Notes under the pieces: model-generated
Told to the model about the DNA's origin: nothing
Database searches by the model: none
Seen by the model: only the letters and a program-made list of their open reading frames with translations
Sequence record: PZ452598.1
DNA length: 64,000 bases
Source: a phage
Direction: 5' to 3' (one strand)
Program-made: the position numbers and the translations under genes
In this document: positions 30,204 to 41,349 of the stretch, in pieces
Numbering within the stretch: position 1 is the first letter of the stretch
How the letters are laid out: each line of letters starts with the position of its first letter

Positions 30204-30944
30204 TTAAGCGTATTTTCCTACATAATCTTTTTTCGAAATATGTGTTTCGCCAGTTTTCCACCAATGATCAACCAAATAAAAATGACGAGAATACACATGT
30301 AGGCTTCCAACATTCCATATAATGGAACCTGCTTTATACTGGCGAGTTGAATCACCTGCATTCAAATCAGATACTAATTTATCTAATACGTATTTTTGCC
30401 ATGCATAATCATTACGGAATCCGAAGACCACGTCATTTGAGCGCATGTTAACAACCGCATTGATTTTCTTGTCACGAATCAGGTATTGTACTGTATTCGT
30501 GCACATGAAATCTGACATACCATCTTTATTATAGTCAAACTGCATAGATGGACGAGTATAAATCATGATACCACGTCGAGAATCAGGATTTTGACCAAGT
30601 TCAGCTAAACACATGTCATACTGAGCATAGTTATCTTCTGACCAGATAGCCCAACCATAATTCGAGTTAATTTCACCTTTAGAAGATGCTACTTGTTGCC
30701 AAATCTTCGGTGTTTCACCCGGAATATCTTTAACGAACAAGCTTTTAGATTTATACCATTCAAGTTCACGCTGAATGTATTCATCATTAAGAGCGCCAAA
30801 AATAAACGGTTCATCTGCTACAAATGATGCGCCAATAATTTCAATAGTTTTAACACCTGTTTTATCAACTACGAAATCTTTTTCTTTTAATGCAAGCCCC
30901 AAATGAAGACGGATTTCTTCAACTGTCATAGAGTCACTAATCAT
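30204..30944 (-). CDS. 42: dCMP hydroxymethylase gp42 (246 aa)
   Basis: Thymidylate-synthase-like fold, 246 aa. Confidence 0.85.
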   Translation of the reverse strand: MISDSMTVEEIRLHLGLALKEKDFVVDKTGVKTIEIIGASFVADEPFIFGALNDEYIQRELEWYKSKSLFVKDIPGETPKIWQQVASSKGEINSNYGWAIWSEDNYAQYDMCLAELGQNPDSRRGIMIYTRPSMQFDYNKDGMSDFMCTNTVQYLIRDKKINAVVNMRSNDVVFGFRNDYAWQKYVLDKLVSDLNAGDSTRQYKAGSIIWNVGSLHVYSRHFYLVDHWWKTGETHISKKDYVGKYA

Positions 30945-31097
30945 TTAAACCTCAATTGATACATTCATATTTAACTTGTAACAGTAATAAACTCCAACCT
31001 AAAATAATAGTTGGAATCATAAGAGGAACCGTTACACTATAGTATATACTTATTATAATCATCAAGATTAAAAGCAATGCTGCTATAATTTTGCTTT

Positions 31098-31349
31098 TCA
31101 TTCCTTCTCTCTGATGATAATTACCTGATTTGGCTGCGCAGACTTTTTAGTTTCACCTGCAATTGACCAAATAAATGTAATAAACCAACCAATAATTGAC
31201 CAGTTAAACAGTAAAGATGCGAAAAAGATTCCTACTGTCGATTTTGACCCACGCATCAAGGCGATAAACCATGGAAGCATGTATATAATAATAGCCAACA
31301 CGCCTGAAACTAAAACCATAAAAATTGAACCTGCTACTAAAGTTTCCAT
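31098..31349 (-). CDS. imm: immunity (superinfection exclusion) membrane protein (83 aa)
   Basis: 83-aa protein with two hydrophobic segments. Confidence 0.7.
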   Translation of the reverse strand: METLVAGSIFMVLVSGVLAIIIYMLPWFIALMRGSKSTVGIFFASLLFNWSIIGWFITFIWSIAGETKKSAQPNQVIIIREKE

Positions 31350-31356
31350 GTTTTCC

Positions 31357-31749
31357 TCACTTAGTCAAATTTTTTACACATGAATTATAAGAATTCACTA
31401 CATACTCCATCGGAGCGTTTTTACCTGTACGCCACTGGTAATTATTAGCCCAATTTGCCCAAAGCTCAGCGCAGTAGTTTTCAATTTTTTCTTCGCGTGT
31501 AATTACATCTGAATTACGATATGCTTGAGCAGATTCATCTGGACGAATAGCTTCGTCAAAATTCGCCTGCATTTGTTCTACTGTCTGTTTTGGAGCTTCT
31601 TTATAACACTTGACATTAGGATTATAAAATTTGCTTGAACAGTTTACAATTTTTCCTACATCAGACTGATTTACTACCGGTCCTTGAGCTACACAACCAG
31701 CAAGACCTAATGCAATAACCAAAATAGCGATTTTCATTTCATTCTCCAA
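31357..31749 (-). CDS. putative lipoprotein (130 aa)
   Basis: Signal peptide MKIAILVIALGLAGC with lipobox. Confidence 0.6.
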   Translation of the reverse strand: MENEMKIAILVIALGLAGCVAQGPVVNQSDVGKIVNCSSKFYNPNVKCYKEAPKQTVEQMQANFDEAIRPDESAQAYRNSDVITREEKIENYCAELWANWANNYQWRTGKNAPMEYVVNSYNSCVKNLTK

Positions 31750-31771
31750 ATCCGTATCAGTAGTTGATAGT

Positions 31772-31806
31772 TGTATAGTACCATGGAAGAACAGTCTTGT
31801 AAACAG
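31772..31806 (-). promoter_or_regulatory. early promoter (-35 GTTTAC 31799-31804) with conserved leader cassette
   Basis: Same promoter-leader module as at 1148, 4561 and 58621. Confidence 0.5.
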
Positions 31807-31883
31807 TTTTGTGAAAAAATTTTTAGGGAATCCAAAGGGTCCAGAATCATCTCTTTTTCATAAGTATAGATTTATATTACTTG

Positions 31884-31908
31884 TATGAAAAAGGGACCTG
31901 GAGGTCCC
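31884..31908 (-). terminator. intrinsic terminator downstream of gene 43
   Basis: GGGACC-UCCA-GGUCCC hairpin followed by UUUUU on minus-strand RNA. Confidence 0.6.
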
Positions 31909-31921
31909 TAGATTTATTCTA

Positions 31922-34618
31922 TCAGCCAAACAGGAAGTCTAACGAAGCTTTTTCTTCATAGTCCATGCCAGCCGATTCACACATACCCGCAAGCGGTTTA
32001 ACAAACGATTTTTGGAACAAAGTTGAGTGGTCAATCCAAGATAGCACATCAGAACGAATTTCTTTTGGAAGTTCTGTACCCGATGGCCAAGCAATGCACT
32101 TGTCACCAAATGGATTTCCTTCACGTAATGGAAGAACCATTACTTTATTTCCATCCAAAATTGGAGCTACACCTAAACCGCTAACAGCTCGACGATAAGT
32201 TAGCACACCACGAATATGGAACGGGCATTTAAATCCTGGCCAACCTTTATCATCATATTTCGCTATATCGTTCGCAGTTTTTACTTCAGCAATAACTTTA
32301 TAGTCAAGTTGACGATATTCTTTCTCGAAGTTCTTGTAGTATTCTTGGACAGACTCTTCACCTTCCTGAAGAATACGACGAATACTTTCTTCGAGAGCTT
32401 CTTGCACTGCTTTTGGTGTTGAACTCTGCTGAGTTTCCATACCCATGATTTTTAGATGCGGTTCAGCAAATCGCTTATCTTCCATATCATAAACGTTCAG
32501 AGCATAACGCTTTTTCGCTTTCCAAAATCCACCAACGCCCTTTGAACCAAGCGGAGGGCAAGAAATAGCTTCACGGTCCATATGCATCAGATGCTCGCGG
32601 TTATTCATATAATCACATAACTCACGATATGCAGCATCAATCATAGGTTCCATCTTTTTCTTACCGAACTGATTCATGAATTCAACCAAATCGTTCTGCT
32701 CTTTGAATCGGTCAAGACCAACTTTTTCAATAACTTTATCTACGCAAACATATACCGAATCAGTATCACCTGCTGCAATGAAATCTTCATCATTAGTTCC
32801 GCATACTTTATTCAGATATTCATTAATTTTACGAGCAATCCACTGAATACCGACTTGGCCGAAAATTGTGATAGCAGTAGCATTTCGCAAATCATAGTAA
32901 CGGAAATGAATATTACCAAGAGCACCATAAAGACTGTTAATGAGAATTTTACGGTTCAGCTGATTTGTATTAGCAAGTGTAGCTGCTTTTTCACATTCTT
33001 CAATCAGACTATTGAGAACAGATTCGGTGTAATTCGATAGTTCATTTAAGAAATCATCACTGAACTTAACATATCGTTCAACTTCTGGTTTAGTTGAACA
33101 AGACCCTGCGCCTTTCATAATAATCTTTTTAATAGCTTCGGCATTCATTTCTTCAGCGAACATTTTCTTTTTCCAGTCTTTACGCTGGAAAAATACTTTA
33201 GCGATTTCCTTTGGAATGATACCTTCTTGATGTTTATCATACATCCATCCATTCGGAGAACAAGAATATTCATCACTCGGTTTAGGAGCTGTTCCTGCGA
33301 TATATTCATGAATTGGATGAACTTTAAACTGACCACGAATAGTTTCAGGACTAATGTTAACCTGGCGAATAATGCTCGGATACAGAGACGTCAAGTCAAA
33401 ACTCATAATGTATCGACGTGCAATTGGTTTAGGTTCAAACACAAATGCACCCGGAAAACTCTGTTTAACGTGCGAACCTTGTTGAGGAATAACCTTATGT
33501 TCACCTTTCAATGAGTTAAAAATAATAGCATCCCAAGTTTTAATAGGACTCATTACACCAGAAAAAGGCATTTTAGCGTAATAAGACATACTTAAAACTA
33601 GATCGATAAACCCACGAATTTTATCGATTGCTTGAACTGATTCTACGTCAATGATGTTATAACTAATGTATCGTTGATGATTAGTCTCACGAAGTTTATT
33701 AATAGGACCGTCGTATGGTAATTTACCTTTTTTGGTTTCATGTTGAGCAACTGATTCCAAAGAGAATGACGGCAAATTAGTAAAAGCGAATTTCTTGTAC
33801 AAATCTAAATAATCAAGAATAGATACGCCATCAATAGAATAAATTTCTTTGCTACCGTACATATTTTGAATTAGTTTAGATTTTACCCGACCGATTGGAG
33901 AGAAACGTTTCATACTACGTTCACCCAGAATCATTTTAACACGATTCATGATATACGGAACGTCAAACCCCTCAATATTCCAACCAGTAAAAATAGCAGG
34001 TCGTTTCTGTTCCCAAAGATTGATATATTCCATGAGCATATCACGCTCATTATCGAATGGCATATAAATTACTCGGTCAAGAATTTCTTGAGGAACTTCA
34101 TCACCACCTTCACAGTCAAGCTTAGCAGCTAACTTTGCATCCCATTTTGATACTGAACCGTACATTGAATTCAAAAGGTCGAAAACATAAAAACGATCGT
34201 CAATTGAATCGTAATGAGTGATAGCATCAATTTCATATTCTGCTTTCATTGGGTCAGGAAATTTATCACCAGTAACCTCAATGTCACAGTTAGCTACACG
34301 AACAAATTTTCGGTCATAAACAATTTCTGAACCATATGTATCACTTATATAAGCGAGTTTAAAATCGTTCATACCGAGAGCTTCGAGACCGATGTCTTCC
34401 ATTCGCTTCATCCAATCTCGAGCATCTTTCATTGATGGAAATTTTTGAGGAGCGCAGTTTTTACCATAGATGTCTTTGTATTTTGACTCTTCCTTACAAT
34501 GCCTAAACATAGTTGGAAGATATTCTACTTCACGGGTACGTTCCTTTCCATTTTCATCAATATAACGTTCAACAATGTTATTTCCGACTGTTTCAATAGA
34601 GATATAAAATTCTTTCAT
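31922..34618 (-). CDS. 43: DNA polymerase gp43 (family B, 898 aa)
   Basis: Exo and Pol motifs (FDIE-like CDIEV, YGDTDS), 898 aa. Confidence 0.95.
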   Translation of the reverse strand: MKEFYISIETVGNNIVERYIDENGKERTREVEYLPTMFRHCKEESKYKDIYGKNCAPQKFPSMKDARDWMKRMEDIGLEALGMNDFKLAYISDTYGSEIVYDRKFVRVANCDIEVTGDKFPDPMKAEYEIDAITHYDSIDDRFYVFDLLNSMYGSVSKWDAKLAAKLDCEGGDEVPQEILDRVIYMPFDNERDMLMEYINLWEQKRPAIFTGWNIEGFDVPYIMNRVKMILGERSMKRFSPIGRVKSKLIQNMYGSKEIYSIDGVSILDYLDLYKKFAFTNLPSFSLESVAQHETKKGKLPYDGPINKLRETNHQRYISYNIIDVESVQAIDKIRGFIDLVLSMSYYAKMPFSGVMSPIKTWDAIIFNSLKGEHKVIPQQGSHVKQSFPGAFVFEPKPIARRYIMSFDLTSLYPSIIRQVNISPETIRGQFKVHPIHEYIAGTAPKPSDEYSCSPNGWMYDKHQEGIIPKEIAKVFFQRKDWKKKMFAEEMNAEAIKKIIMKGAGSCSTKPEVERYVKFSDDFLNELSNYTESVLNSLIEECEKAATLANTNQLNRKILINSLYGALGNIHFRYYDLRNATAITIFGQVGIQWIARKINEYLNKVCGTNDEDFIAAGDTDSVYVCVDKVIEKVGLDRFKEQNDLVEFMNQFGKKKMEPMIDAAYRELCDYMNNREHLMHMDREAISCPPLGSKGVGGFWKAKKRYALNVYDMEDKRFAEPHLKIMGMETQQSSTPKAVQEALEESIRRILQEGEESVQEYYKNFEKEYRQLDYKVIAEVKTANDIAKYDDKGWPGFKCPFHIRGVLTYRRAVSGLGVAPILDGNKVMVLPLREGNPFGDKCIAWPSGTELPKEIRSDVLSWIDHSTLFQKSFVKPLAGMCESAGMDYEEKASLDFLFG

Positions 34619-34696
34619 AGATATTCCTTAGTTTATAGCCCGAGTTATTAGGCTCTTGATATATTATACTCCAAATAAGGGGCCGAAGCCCCTTGC

Positions 34697-35065
34697 TTAA
34701 TTACCAATCGTATATTTAGGAACGAGCTTCCATTCATGTTTTTGTTTAAAAGAAATAACTCGGAAGTTATTAGTTAAATCTTTCATAAAAGTTCTTTGAC
34801 CAGGAACGATTTCAATTAGTCCCCAATCTTCTAATAGCCATGCAATCGAATCACGACGAACTTCATCTTCTTCTGTCATTTCAACTTGACGACCATCCAT
34901 ACGAAGCATTTCTTTAAAATGAACGATATAGTATAGTCCTTTTTTCTGAAGAATATGACAGGACTGATATAGAACTTTATCTTTATTATTAGCAATTCCC
35001 ATACGAGTCAAAGTTTCTTTTACTTTCAGAAAATCTTCAGGTTTTTTAAGAGTAATTTCAATCAT
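34697..35065 (-). CDS. regA: translational repressor RegA (122 aa)
   Basis: 122-aa ORF between 62 and 43 as in T4. Confidence 0.8.
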   Translation of the reverse strand: MIEITLKKPEDFLKVKETLTRMGIANNKDKVLYQSCHILQKKGLYYIVHFKEMLRMDGRQVEMTEEDEVRRDSIAWLLEDWGLIEIVPGQRTFMKDLTNNFRVISFKQKHEWKLVPKYTIGN

Positions 35066-35066
35066 T

Positions 35067-35630
35067 TTACCATTCCAATGCTAGTTTTTTGAGTTGTTTC
35101 TGTTCTTTTACGTTCTTAGTCACTTCTTTCAAAAAATCATCCGTGACTAAACCTTTTAGTTCTTTTAATACTAAAGGAAGTTTTCCATTTTTAGTAAGAA
35201 TTGATTTATAGTTAATTGCATCATTTGTATTAACTTGATACCGCTTAGCAAGTAACTTAATAATCAATACTTCGGTGGAATCTTCAACCAGTTTTGCCCA
35301 TTTACCATATCTTTTACCACGAGGAACTGCAGCCATTAGATAATTAAAATGAGCTTCATCACTTAAGCCTGATCCAATTAAATTCATAGCATATACAGCT
35401 GGCATACACTCTGGAAATTGTGATAATGCATTTTCAACCATGAATTTTGAATAATCTTTTTGAGCAATAGAGCATTTAGTTTTATTATTAATAGCTCCAA
35501 TTATTTCAAAAAATTCATTTTCTGCTTTTTCTTTAAAAGAATCAGCAGCGGATTGGACAGCTGTCCAATCTTTTGAATACCAAGCAACTTGATGCTCGTT
35601 TAATTGAATATCATCTTTAAATAAGCTCAT
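35067..35630 (-). CDS. 62: clamp loader small subunit gp62 (187 aa)
   Basis: 187-aa ORF upstream of regA; synteny 45-44-62-regA-43. Confidence 0.8.
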
Positions 35631-35631
35631 A

Positions 35632-36606
35632 TCACTTCCACTGCATTTCGCATGCTAATTGAATGAAAAGATAAGCTAAATGCAATTCAGTATTAGCTGC
35701 AATACCATGATACTGATTATTTTCGCCGACAATTTCGTACATACGAATAATACTTTGTGGAGTTACACGTGAATAGATTTCTTCGGCAAGTTTACCCACG
35801 AACCACGAATAATCAGCCGCATATTTTGGTGCTAAAGCTCTGAGTTGTTTAACATCTTTATTTTTGAGAGACTCAAGAACATCATCAATAGCACCACGAT
35901 CGTTAGTAACCAGTGATAAAATACCAGCATCCAAAACACCTTTAGACGAATAACTATCGAGCTCGCCAATAGTTTTACGAAAATCAGGAAAATTCTTTTT
36001 AACCAAAGCTGCTACAACTTTCATATCAGCTATAGCAATTCCTTCATGCTTGCAGATTTCAGTCAATCGACGAATCATCTGCTTCATCATTTCAATTTTA
36101 TCTTCATCAGTTGGTTGACCGAATGTAATAACTCGGCAGCGTGACTGAAGCGGTTTAATAATACCATCAATATTATTAGCAGTAATAATAATACTACAGT
36201 TTGAACTATAAGCTTCCATAAAGGAACGAAGATGTCGCTGAGACTCTGCTAACCCTGAACGGTCAAATTCATCAATAACGATTACTTTTTGACGACCATC
36301 AAATGAAGCGGCGCTGGCAAAATTAGTCAAAGGACCACGAACGAAATCAATTTTACAATCTGACCCATTCACAAACATCATATCAGCATTTACATCATGA
36401 CATAATGCTTTTGCTACAGTTGTTTTACCTGTTCCTGGAGAAGGAGAATGAAGAATAATATGTGGAATCTTACCTTTACTTGTAATAGATTTAAAGGTTT
36501 CTTTATCAAAGGCGGGAAGAATACATTCATCGATAGTAGATGGACGATATTTCTGTTCAAGAATGTGTTCTTTTTCATTTACAGTAATCATAATTTCCTC
36601 ATTCAA
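35632..36606 (-). CDS. 44: clamp loader ATPase gp44 (AAA+, 319-324 aa)
   Basis: Walker [15 protein letters not shown] Walker B. Confidence 0.9.
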   Translation of the reverse strand: MNEEIMITVNEKEHILEQKYRPSTIDECILPAFDKETFKSITSKGKIPHIILHSPSPGTGKTTVAKALCHDVNADMMFVNGSDCKIDFVRGPLTNFASAASFDGRQKVIVIDEFDRSGLAESQRHLRSFMEAYSSNCSIIITANNIDGIIKPLQSRCRVITFGQPTDEDKIEMMKQMIRRLTEICKHEGIAIADMKVVAALVKKNFPDFRKTIGELDSYSSKGVLDAGILSLVTNDRGAIDDVLESLKNKDVKQLRALAPKYAADYSWFVGKLAEEIYSRVTPQSIIRMYEIVGENNQYHGIAANTELHLAYLFIQLACEMQWK

Positions 36607-36642
36607 GTTTTAGTGTAAATTATAAAGGGCCGAAGCCCTCTA

Positions 36643-37329
36643 TTAAAAATCGTGGGTAGAATCAGCTTCAAGAGCTACCACATAATTCGCGTGTTCACCT
36701 TCAAATTTAGCAGCACCTTGTTTACCTTTTGCCCAAAGCAGAAGTTTATAATTTCCTGGTTGCATTTTCATATTTGCCATATTGATAATGAAATTAAATG
36801 TATTTTCACCATCATAATCACCAAGAGTCAAAGAATATTTAACACGGGTCAGAGCAGAATCTTCTACTTTATTAAAACCGTTAATTACGATTTTACCTTC
36901 TTTTACCGTGATAGCAATTGTATCAATTTGCAGACCACGAGATACACGCAACAGCTGTTGAAGGTCTTCAGCTTTAATTTCAGTAACAGCAGATGCTACC
37001 GGGAATGGAATTGGTTTATTAGGAGCAACTACTGTACTCGGATCGGCTGCTGGCCAAAAAATTGTTGAGCGGGCATCAGCAATTTTAATATTTCCATCTT
37101 CTGACTGGGAAATTTCTGCATCATCATTAACTAAAGACAGAATACCGAGAAAACCGTTCAAATCGTAAATTGCTACATCAAAATCAATAACGTCAGAAAT
37201 ATTTGCTTCCGCATAAGTTGTACCATTAACTGCGCGAGTCATAATAAATTGACCGGATTTAAGCATAATACCAGAGTTAATAGTAGCGAAATTTTTAAGC
37301 AGAGCAGTAGTATCTTTAGACAGTTTCAT
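36643..37329 (-). CDS. 45: sliding clamp gp45 (228 aa)
   Basis: 228-aa ORF; synteny with 44/62. Confidence 0.85.
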   Translation of the reverse strand: MKLSKDTTALLKNFATINSGIMLKSGQFIMTRAVNGTTYAEANISDVIDFDVAIYDLNGFLGILSLVNDDAEISQSEDGNIKIADARSTIFWPAADPSTVVAPNKPIPFPVASAVTEIKAEDLQQLLRVSRGLQIDTIAITVKEGKIVINGFNKVEDSALTRVKYSLTLGDYDGENTFNFIINMANMKMQPGNYKLLLWAKGKQGAAKFEGEHANYVVALEADSTHDF

Positions 37330-37384
37330 GTAATTTCCTTCAATTCAAATGAGATTTAATTTTATAACTAATTTAATAAAGCAA

Positions 37385-37774
37385 TTAACGATTAAAATCA
37401 GCCGCAATTGTTTCCGCAACAATTTGAGCAGCAACAATTAGACGTTCATCTGCATTACCGCAATAATCATCTTCAAGGCGTTCACCACATGAAGTCATAA
37501 TAAATTTAGCACCGGCGTTTAGGGATTCTGTAGTATGTTTGCGCATTAGTTCAATCCATTTATTACTTACTTCACGATCGATAGCTTCATAATACGCATG
37601 ACGAGCAGGTGCAGATTTAATTTTGTTCTGAATAACTTCCATTGCGTTATCAGAAAGAGACAAAACCCATGCTCGACGAATTTTATTTTGGTTTTGTGGA
37701 TTTGATTCAGAACGCACGTGTTTTGGCTGAATATCTTTTACATCAACAGTATAATTCACAGTAATTTTAGTCAT
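37385..37774 (-). CDS. rpbA: RNA polymerase-binding protein RpbA-position (129 aa)
   Basis: 129-aa ORF between 45 and 46. Confidence 0.55.
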
Positions 37775-37783
37775 AATACACCT

Positions 37784-37972
37784 TTAGTCATAATAATCAG
37801 TAACAGTCCAAGCTTCATTTCTATTGGACATTATTTTTGTATATTCTGCTTTAAATGCATTCCTAAGCATAGATTCAGTAACTATATGCTCTTCATTAGA
37901 AAAATTATTTCTCAGAATATATCGTTTTATTTCAGGAATAGTTAATAGATGCTGTCCAGTTGAATATTCCAT
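37784..37972 (-). CDS. hypothetical protein (62 aa)
   Basis: ORF track. Confidence 0.45.
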   Translation of the reverse strand: MEYSTGQHLLTIPEIKRYILRNNFSNEEHIVTESMLRNAFKAEYTKIMSNRNEAWTVTDYYD

Positions 37973-37989
37973 GTTTTTCCTCCATAGAG

Positions 37990-38013
37990 ATTATACTCTA
38001 ATAAATTAAAGCA
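37990..38013 (-). promoter_or_regulatory. middle-type promoter: MotA box TGCTTTA with -10 TATAAT
   Basis: Minus strand TGCTTTA, 11-nt spacer, TATAAT, just downstream of gene 46. Confidence 0.45.
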
Positions 38014-38027
38014 TAATCTCTTATAAA

Positions 38028-39710
38028 TTAAACCATTACAGTAAATCGACCAACTTTCTTCATTTGAAGATGCTGACCATATTCTTGCGGGTCATGGTCT
38101 TTATGCGAAATTATAAAAACGTTAGTGTTTTTCATTGAATTTATAATATTAGCTACACCTTTAATACCTTCGGCATCAAATGACCCATCAAACACTTCAT
38201 CAAGAATTAATGTACTAATACTAACACCAGATACGATAGAAGCAATATCACGCCAAGTAAATAAAAGAGCAATATCGATTCGTGCCTTTTCACCTTCACT
38301 AAATGAAGCATAACTAAAATCTTCACGACCACGGGATTTAATTGTCTCATTAAATTCTTCATCTAATGTAAACACATAATCCGCTTCCATTATTTTAAGA
38401 TAATGGTTAATCTGCTTATTAAATAATGGAATGTACTTTTTAATAATAGCACCTTTAATACCAGAATCTTTGAGCATATCAGTCAAAATTCCTCGGTGGT
38501 ATTTTTCCATTACTAAATTAGTTTTTGTCTTAACAATTTTATCAAGTTCTTCTTGAAGCAGTGCTATTTCATCAGCATGGTCAATAAACTCAGAAGATGC
38601 TTTTTCTATAGCCGCTTTAACTTTTTTAGCTTTATCTACTGCTGCGATCAGAGATTGCTTTTTATTGCGAATATCATTTGCCAACGACTGCTGGGTTTTA
38701 ATATTATCTCGGTATTCATCAACAAGAACTTTTAAATTATCACGATGTGTTGAAAGCTGTTCAAACGAATGTGTGCATTCAGAAACTTTATCTTTAATTT
38801 TAGAAACAACTTTATCACCGGAACTCAATTGTGACAAACAGGTTGGACATAATCCACCTTCGTGATACATATTAATGACTTTATTATACGAGTCAATTTT
38901 TGATTTAATTAAAAATGCTTCTTGACCGATTTTATTAAATGCATCAGTCGGGTCTTCGTCCAAAACAATATTAACTAATCTTTCGTTAGCTTCTTCTATT
39001 TCCGATTTTAGCGTTCTAGCTTCTTTTGCCAAATCATCATACATATTTTGTAGACGAGTAAGGTTGTCACCCGTTAATTTTTTCTGGCGTTCAACATTAT
39101 CATTATATATTTTAATTTGTTGGATAATACTATCTTTTTTAACATCAAGCACTTGGTTCTGCGAATTTAATTCACGTATTAGTGCTTTATTAAGCTTATC
39201 CATTTCAGCTAATGTTCCTACCTCAAGCAGGTCTTCCACAAGCTTTCTTCGCGCAGGGGTCGACAAACCCATGAAAGGGGTATACCCTGCTGTACCAAGG
39301 ACAACAATCTGCTTGAAACTGGCATATGACATTCCGATAAGCTGTTCAAATTCTGCTTGGAAATCTTTACTGCTGGCAGATTCATTAAGACGTGTACCGT
39401 TAACGGTGATTTCGAAAACGTTTGGTTTTTGTCCTCTTTTGATATAGTACTTTTTCTCATCATATTCCATCCACAGTTCAACTAAAAGTTCTTTCTTATT
39501 TGTGCTGTTTATTAATTGACCTTTCTTTACATCGCGAAATGGCTTACCAAAAAGCCCAAATGTGATGGCTTCTAGCATAGTAGACTTACCACCGCCATTT
39601 CGTCCAGTAATAAGAGTTTTTTGAACCTTATCTAATTGAATGTCAATCCCATTTTGACCAACTGACATTATATTTTTATATTTTACTCTATTAAGTTTAA
39701 AATTCTTCAC
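38028..39710 (-). CDS. 46: recombination nuclease subunit gp46 (Rad50/SbcC-like ATPase, 560 aa)
   Basis: Walker A GRNGGGKST, coiled-coil middle, signature and Walker B near C-terminus. Confidence 0.9.
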   Translation of the reverse strand: MKNFKLNRVKYKNIMSVGQNGIDIQLDKVQKTLITGRNGGGKSTMLEAITFGLFGKPFRDVKKGQLINSTNKKELLVELWMEYDEKKYYIKRGQKPNVFEITVNGTRLNESASSKDFQAEFEQLIGMSYASFKQIVVLGTAGYTPFMGLSTPARRKLVEDLLEVGTLAEMDKLNKALIRELNSQNQVLDVKKDSIIQQIKIYNDNVERQKKLTGDNLTRLQNMYDDLAKEARTLKSEIEEANERLVNIVLDEDPTDAFNKIGQEAFLIKSKIDSYNKVINMYHEGGLCPTCLSQLSSGDKVVSKIKDKVSECTHSFEQLSTHRDNLKVLVDEYRDNIKTQQSLANDIRNKKQSLIAAVDKAKKVKAAIEKASSEFIDHADEIALLQEELDKIVKTKTNLVMEKYHRGILTDMLKDSGIKGAIIKKYIPLFNKQINHYLKIMEADYVFTLDEEFNETIKSRGREDFSYASFSEGEKARIDIALLFTWRDIASIVSGVSISTLILDEVFDGSFDAEGIKGVANIINSMKNTNVFIISHKDHDPQEYGQHLQMKKVGRFTVMV

Positions 39711-39970
39711 AAAAGATTCCTTTTAATGTATCTTTTAGACCATTCTATCATATCATCATAATCTAAAAAGTATTCATCAAATTCAGCCATGCAAACAACG
39801 CCTTGTGCTGTTTTTGATGTGATATAAATTATTCCAACATATCTAGAATCTTCTTCGGTATAATCAATATTTGCTATGAATTCATCATTAATGTCAAATG
39901 TCGAAAACTTCACAGTATGCATCCTTAATACAAGATACAGCCATATCTCGTAATGATTTAGGTGTGTCAT
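39707..39970 (-). CDS. hypothetical protein (87 aa or shorter)
   Basis: ORF track; overlaps neighbour, true start may be internal. Confidence 0.4.
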   Translation of the reverse strand: MTHLNHYEIWLYLVLRMHTVKFSTFDINDEFIANIDYTEEDSRYVGIIYITSKTAQGVVCMAEFDEYFLDYDDMIEWSKRYIKRNLL

Positions 39971-40157
39971 TATCTAAAATGTTGAAGTTAAAAGATACAG
40001 CCCAGTCAGTGCAGACAGTAACCTTTTTAATACAATTATCTTCAACCTCTAACGGTTCAAACCAGTATTCAATAATTTCTTTATGACCAATATCATCTTT
40101 TACTTCACATTTAAAATGCTGACTCATCATAACATTTTTAAATTCATCAAAAGTCAT
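39894..40157 (-). CDS. hypothetical protein (87 aa)
   Basis: ORF track. Confidence 0.45.
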   Translation of the reverse strand: MTFDEFKNVMMSQHFKCEVKDDIGHKEIIEYWFEPLEVEDNCIKKVTVCTDWAVSFNFNILDNDTPKSLRDMAVSCIKDAYCEVFDI

Positions 40158-41173
40158 TGTGTTGCCTCTACATATAGCTGATTTGCATATTGAATAAGTG
40201 CTTCACGGTCAGAATCAGTGATGTCTGGAATTGCATTAATATACTCTTCCATTAATGTCTGAAGCGATTGAACTTCAACTTCTTCACTGTCATCTGACTC
40301 GACAGAGTTATCAATCTTTGACACAACTCGTAATGAATGCACAACTTTTTCTAGTTCAGATTCGAACTTCGTCAGATTTTTGTCTACTTCAGTTACTATA
40401 ACACGTACTGATAGATTTGTAAAATCTTTATAGTCAATTTTTCCTTTAAATGGATAATGAATTCTACGATGCCAGGTAGTATTGTTTGGAATAAATTCCG
40501 TTCGTTCTGTTTCTGTATCAAACATCCAGAACCCACGAGGGTCATTCTCGTCACCTGCGGTTAGTGTCCATGGTGTCCCAATATATCTGACGTTTGCAGC
40601 CTCAGAAATAGTATGGAAGTGACCAGACCACACTTCTTTATAAGTCTTAAGGAAATCGGGTTCAAGACCATGAGATTTCATTCCTTTATAAAAATAAAAT
40701 CCATTCAGTTCCCAGTGACCAACACAAAAAGAAGCAGATGAAGTTTTGATATGCTCAAGAATTTCACCAGTATTTTCTTCGCACATCCAAGGAATCAAAT
40801 CAATCAAACACCCGTCAAAATCTACTGTAGTAGGCTTATCATACACTTTAACATTAGGATATTTAGCCAAAAGCTCAGTAGAAGCATTTGGATGCATTAC
40901 ATTTTTATAGTGGAGATCGTGATTTCCTACAATAGTGTGTAATGTAATTCCAGCATCATCAAGCGTTTGAACTATTTCACGGGCAAACTCCATAGTTTTA
41001 TGTGTGATCGCTTTTCGCACATCAAAAATATCACCGTATTGAATCCAGGTAGTAATTCCATTTTTCTTAGAATATTCTATCGCTTGCTTAATTCCATCAA
41101 TTTGAATACCGCGAATCCACTCATCATCAGCTTTAACGCCTAAATGCCAATCACCTAAATTTAAAATTTTCAT
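40154..41173 (-). CDS. 47: recombination nuclease subunit gp47 (Mre11/SbcD-like, 339 aa)
   Basis: Phosphoesterase motifs GDWHLG, GNHD. Confidence 0.9.
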   Translation of the reverse strand: MKILNLGDWHLGVKADDEWIRGIQIDGIKQAIEYSKKNGITTWIQYGDIFDVRKAITHKTMEFAREIVQTLDDAGITLHTIVGNHDLHYKNVMHPNASTELLAKYPNVKVYDKPTTVDFDGCLIDLIPWMCEENTGEILEHIKTSSASFCVGHWELNGFYFYKGMKSHGLEPDFLKTYKEVWSGHFHTISEAANVRYIGTPWTLTAGDENDPRGFWMFDTETERTEFIPNNTTWHRRIHYPFKGKIDYKDFTNLSVRVIVTEVDKNLTKFESELEKVVHSLRVVSKIDNSVESDDSEEVEVQSLQTLMEEYINAIPDITDSDREALIQYANQLYVEATQ

Positions 41174-41349
41174 ATATCAAGAACCGTCATTGAAATGCAA
41201 AATAAAATTATTGAAATAAATCCATCTGGAGTGCTAAAGAACCCAATCCAACATGCTCTAGTGAATAGATAAAATGCAAGAAAAAGTATCACATATCCAA
41301 GAAATATCATTATATCAAACTCCGTATAAAGCTAAAGGGCCGAAGCCCT

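Noticed and set aside
31939-33336. Minus-strand ORFs 31939..32124 and 33145..33336 inside gene 43
   Set aside because: Embedded out of frame within the 898-aa DNA polymerase ORF; no independent start signals.
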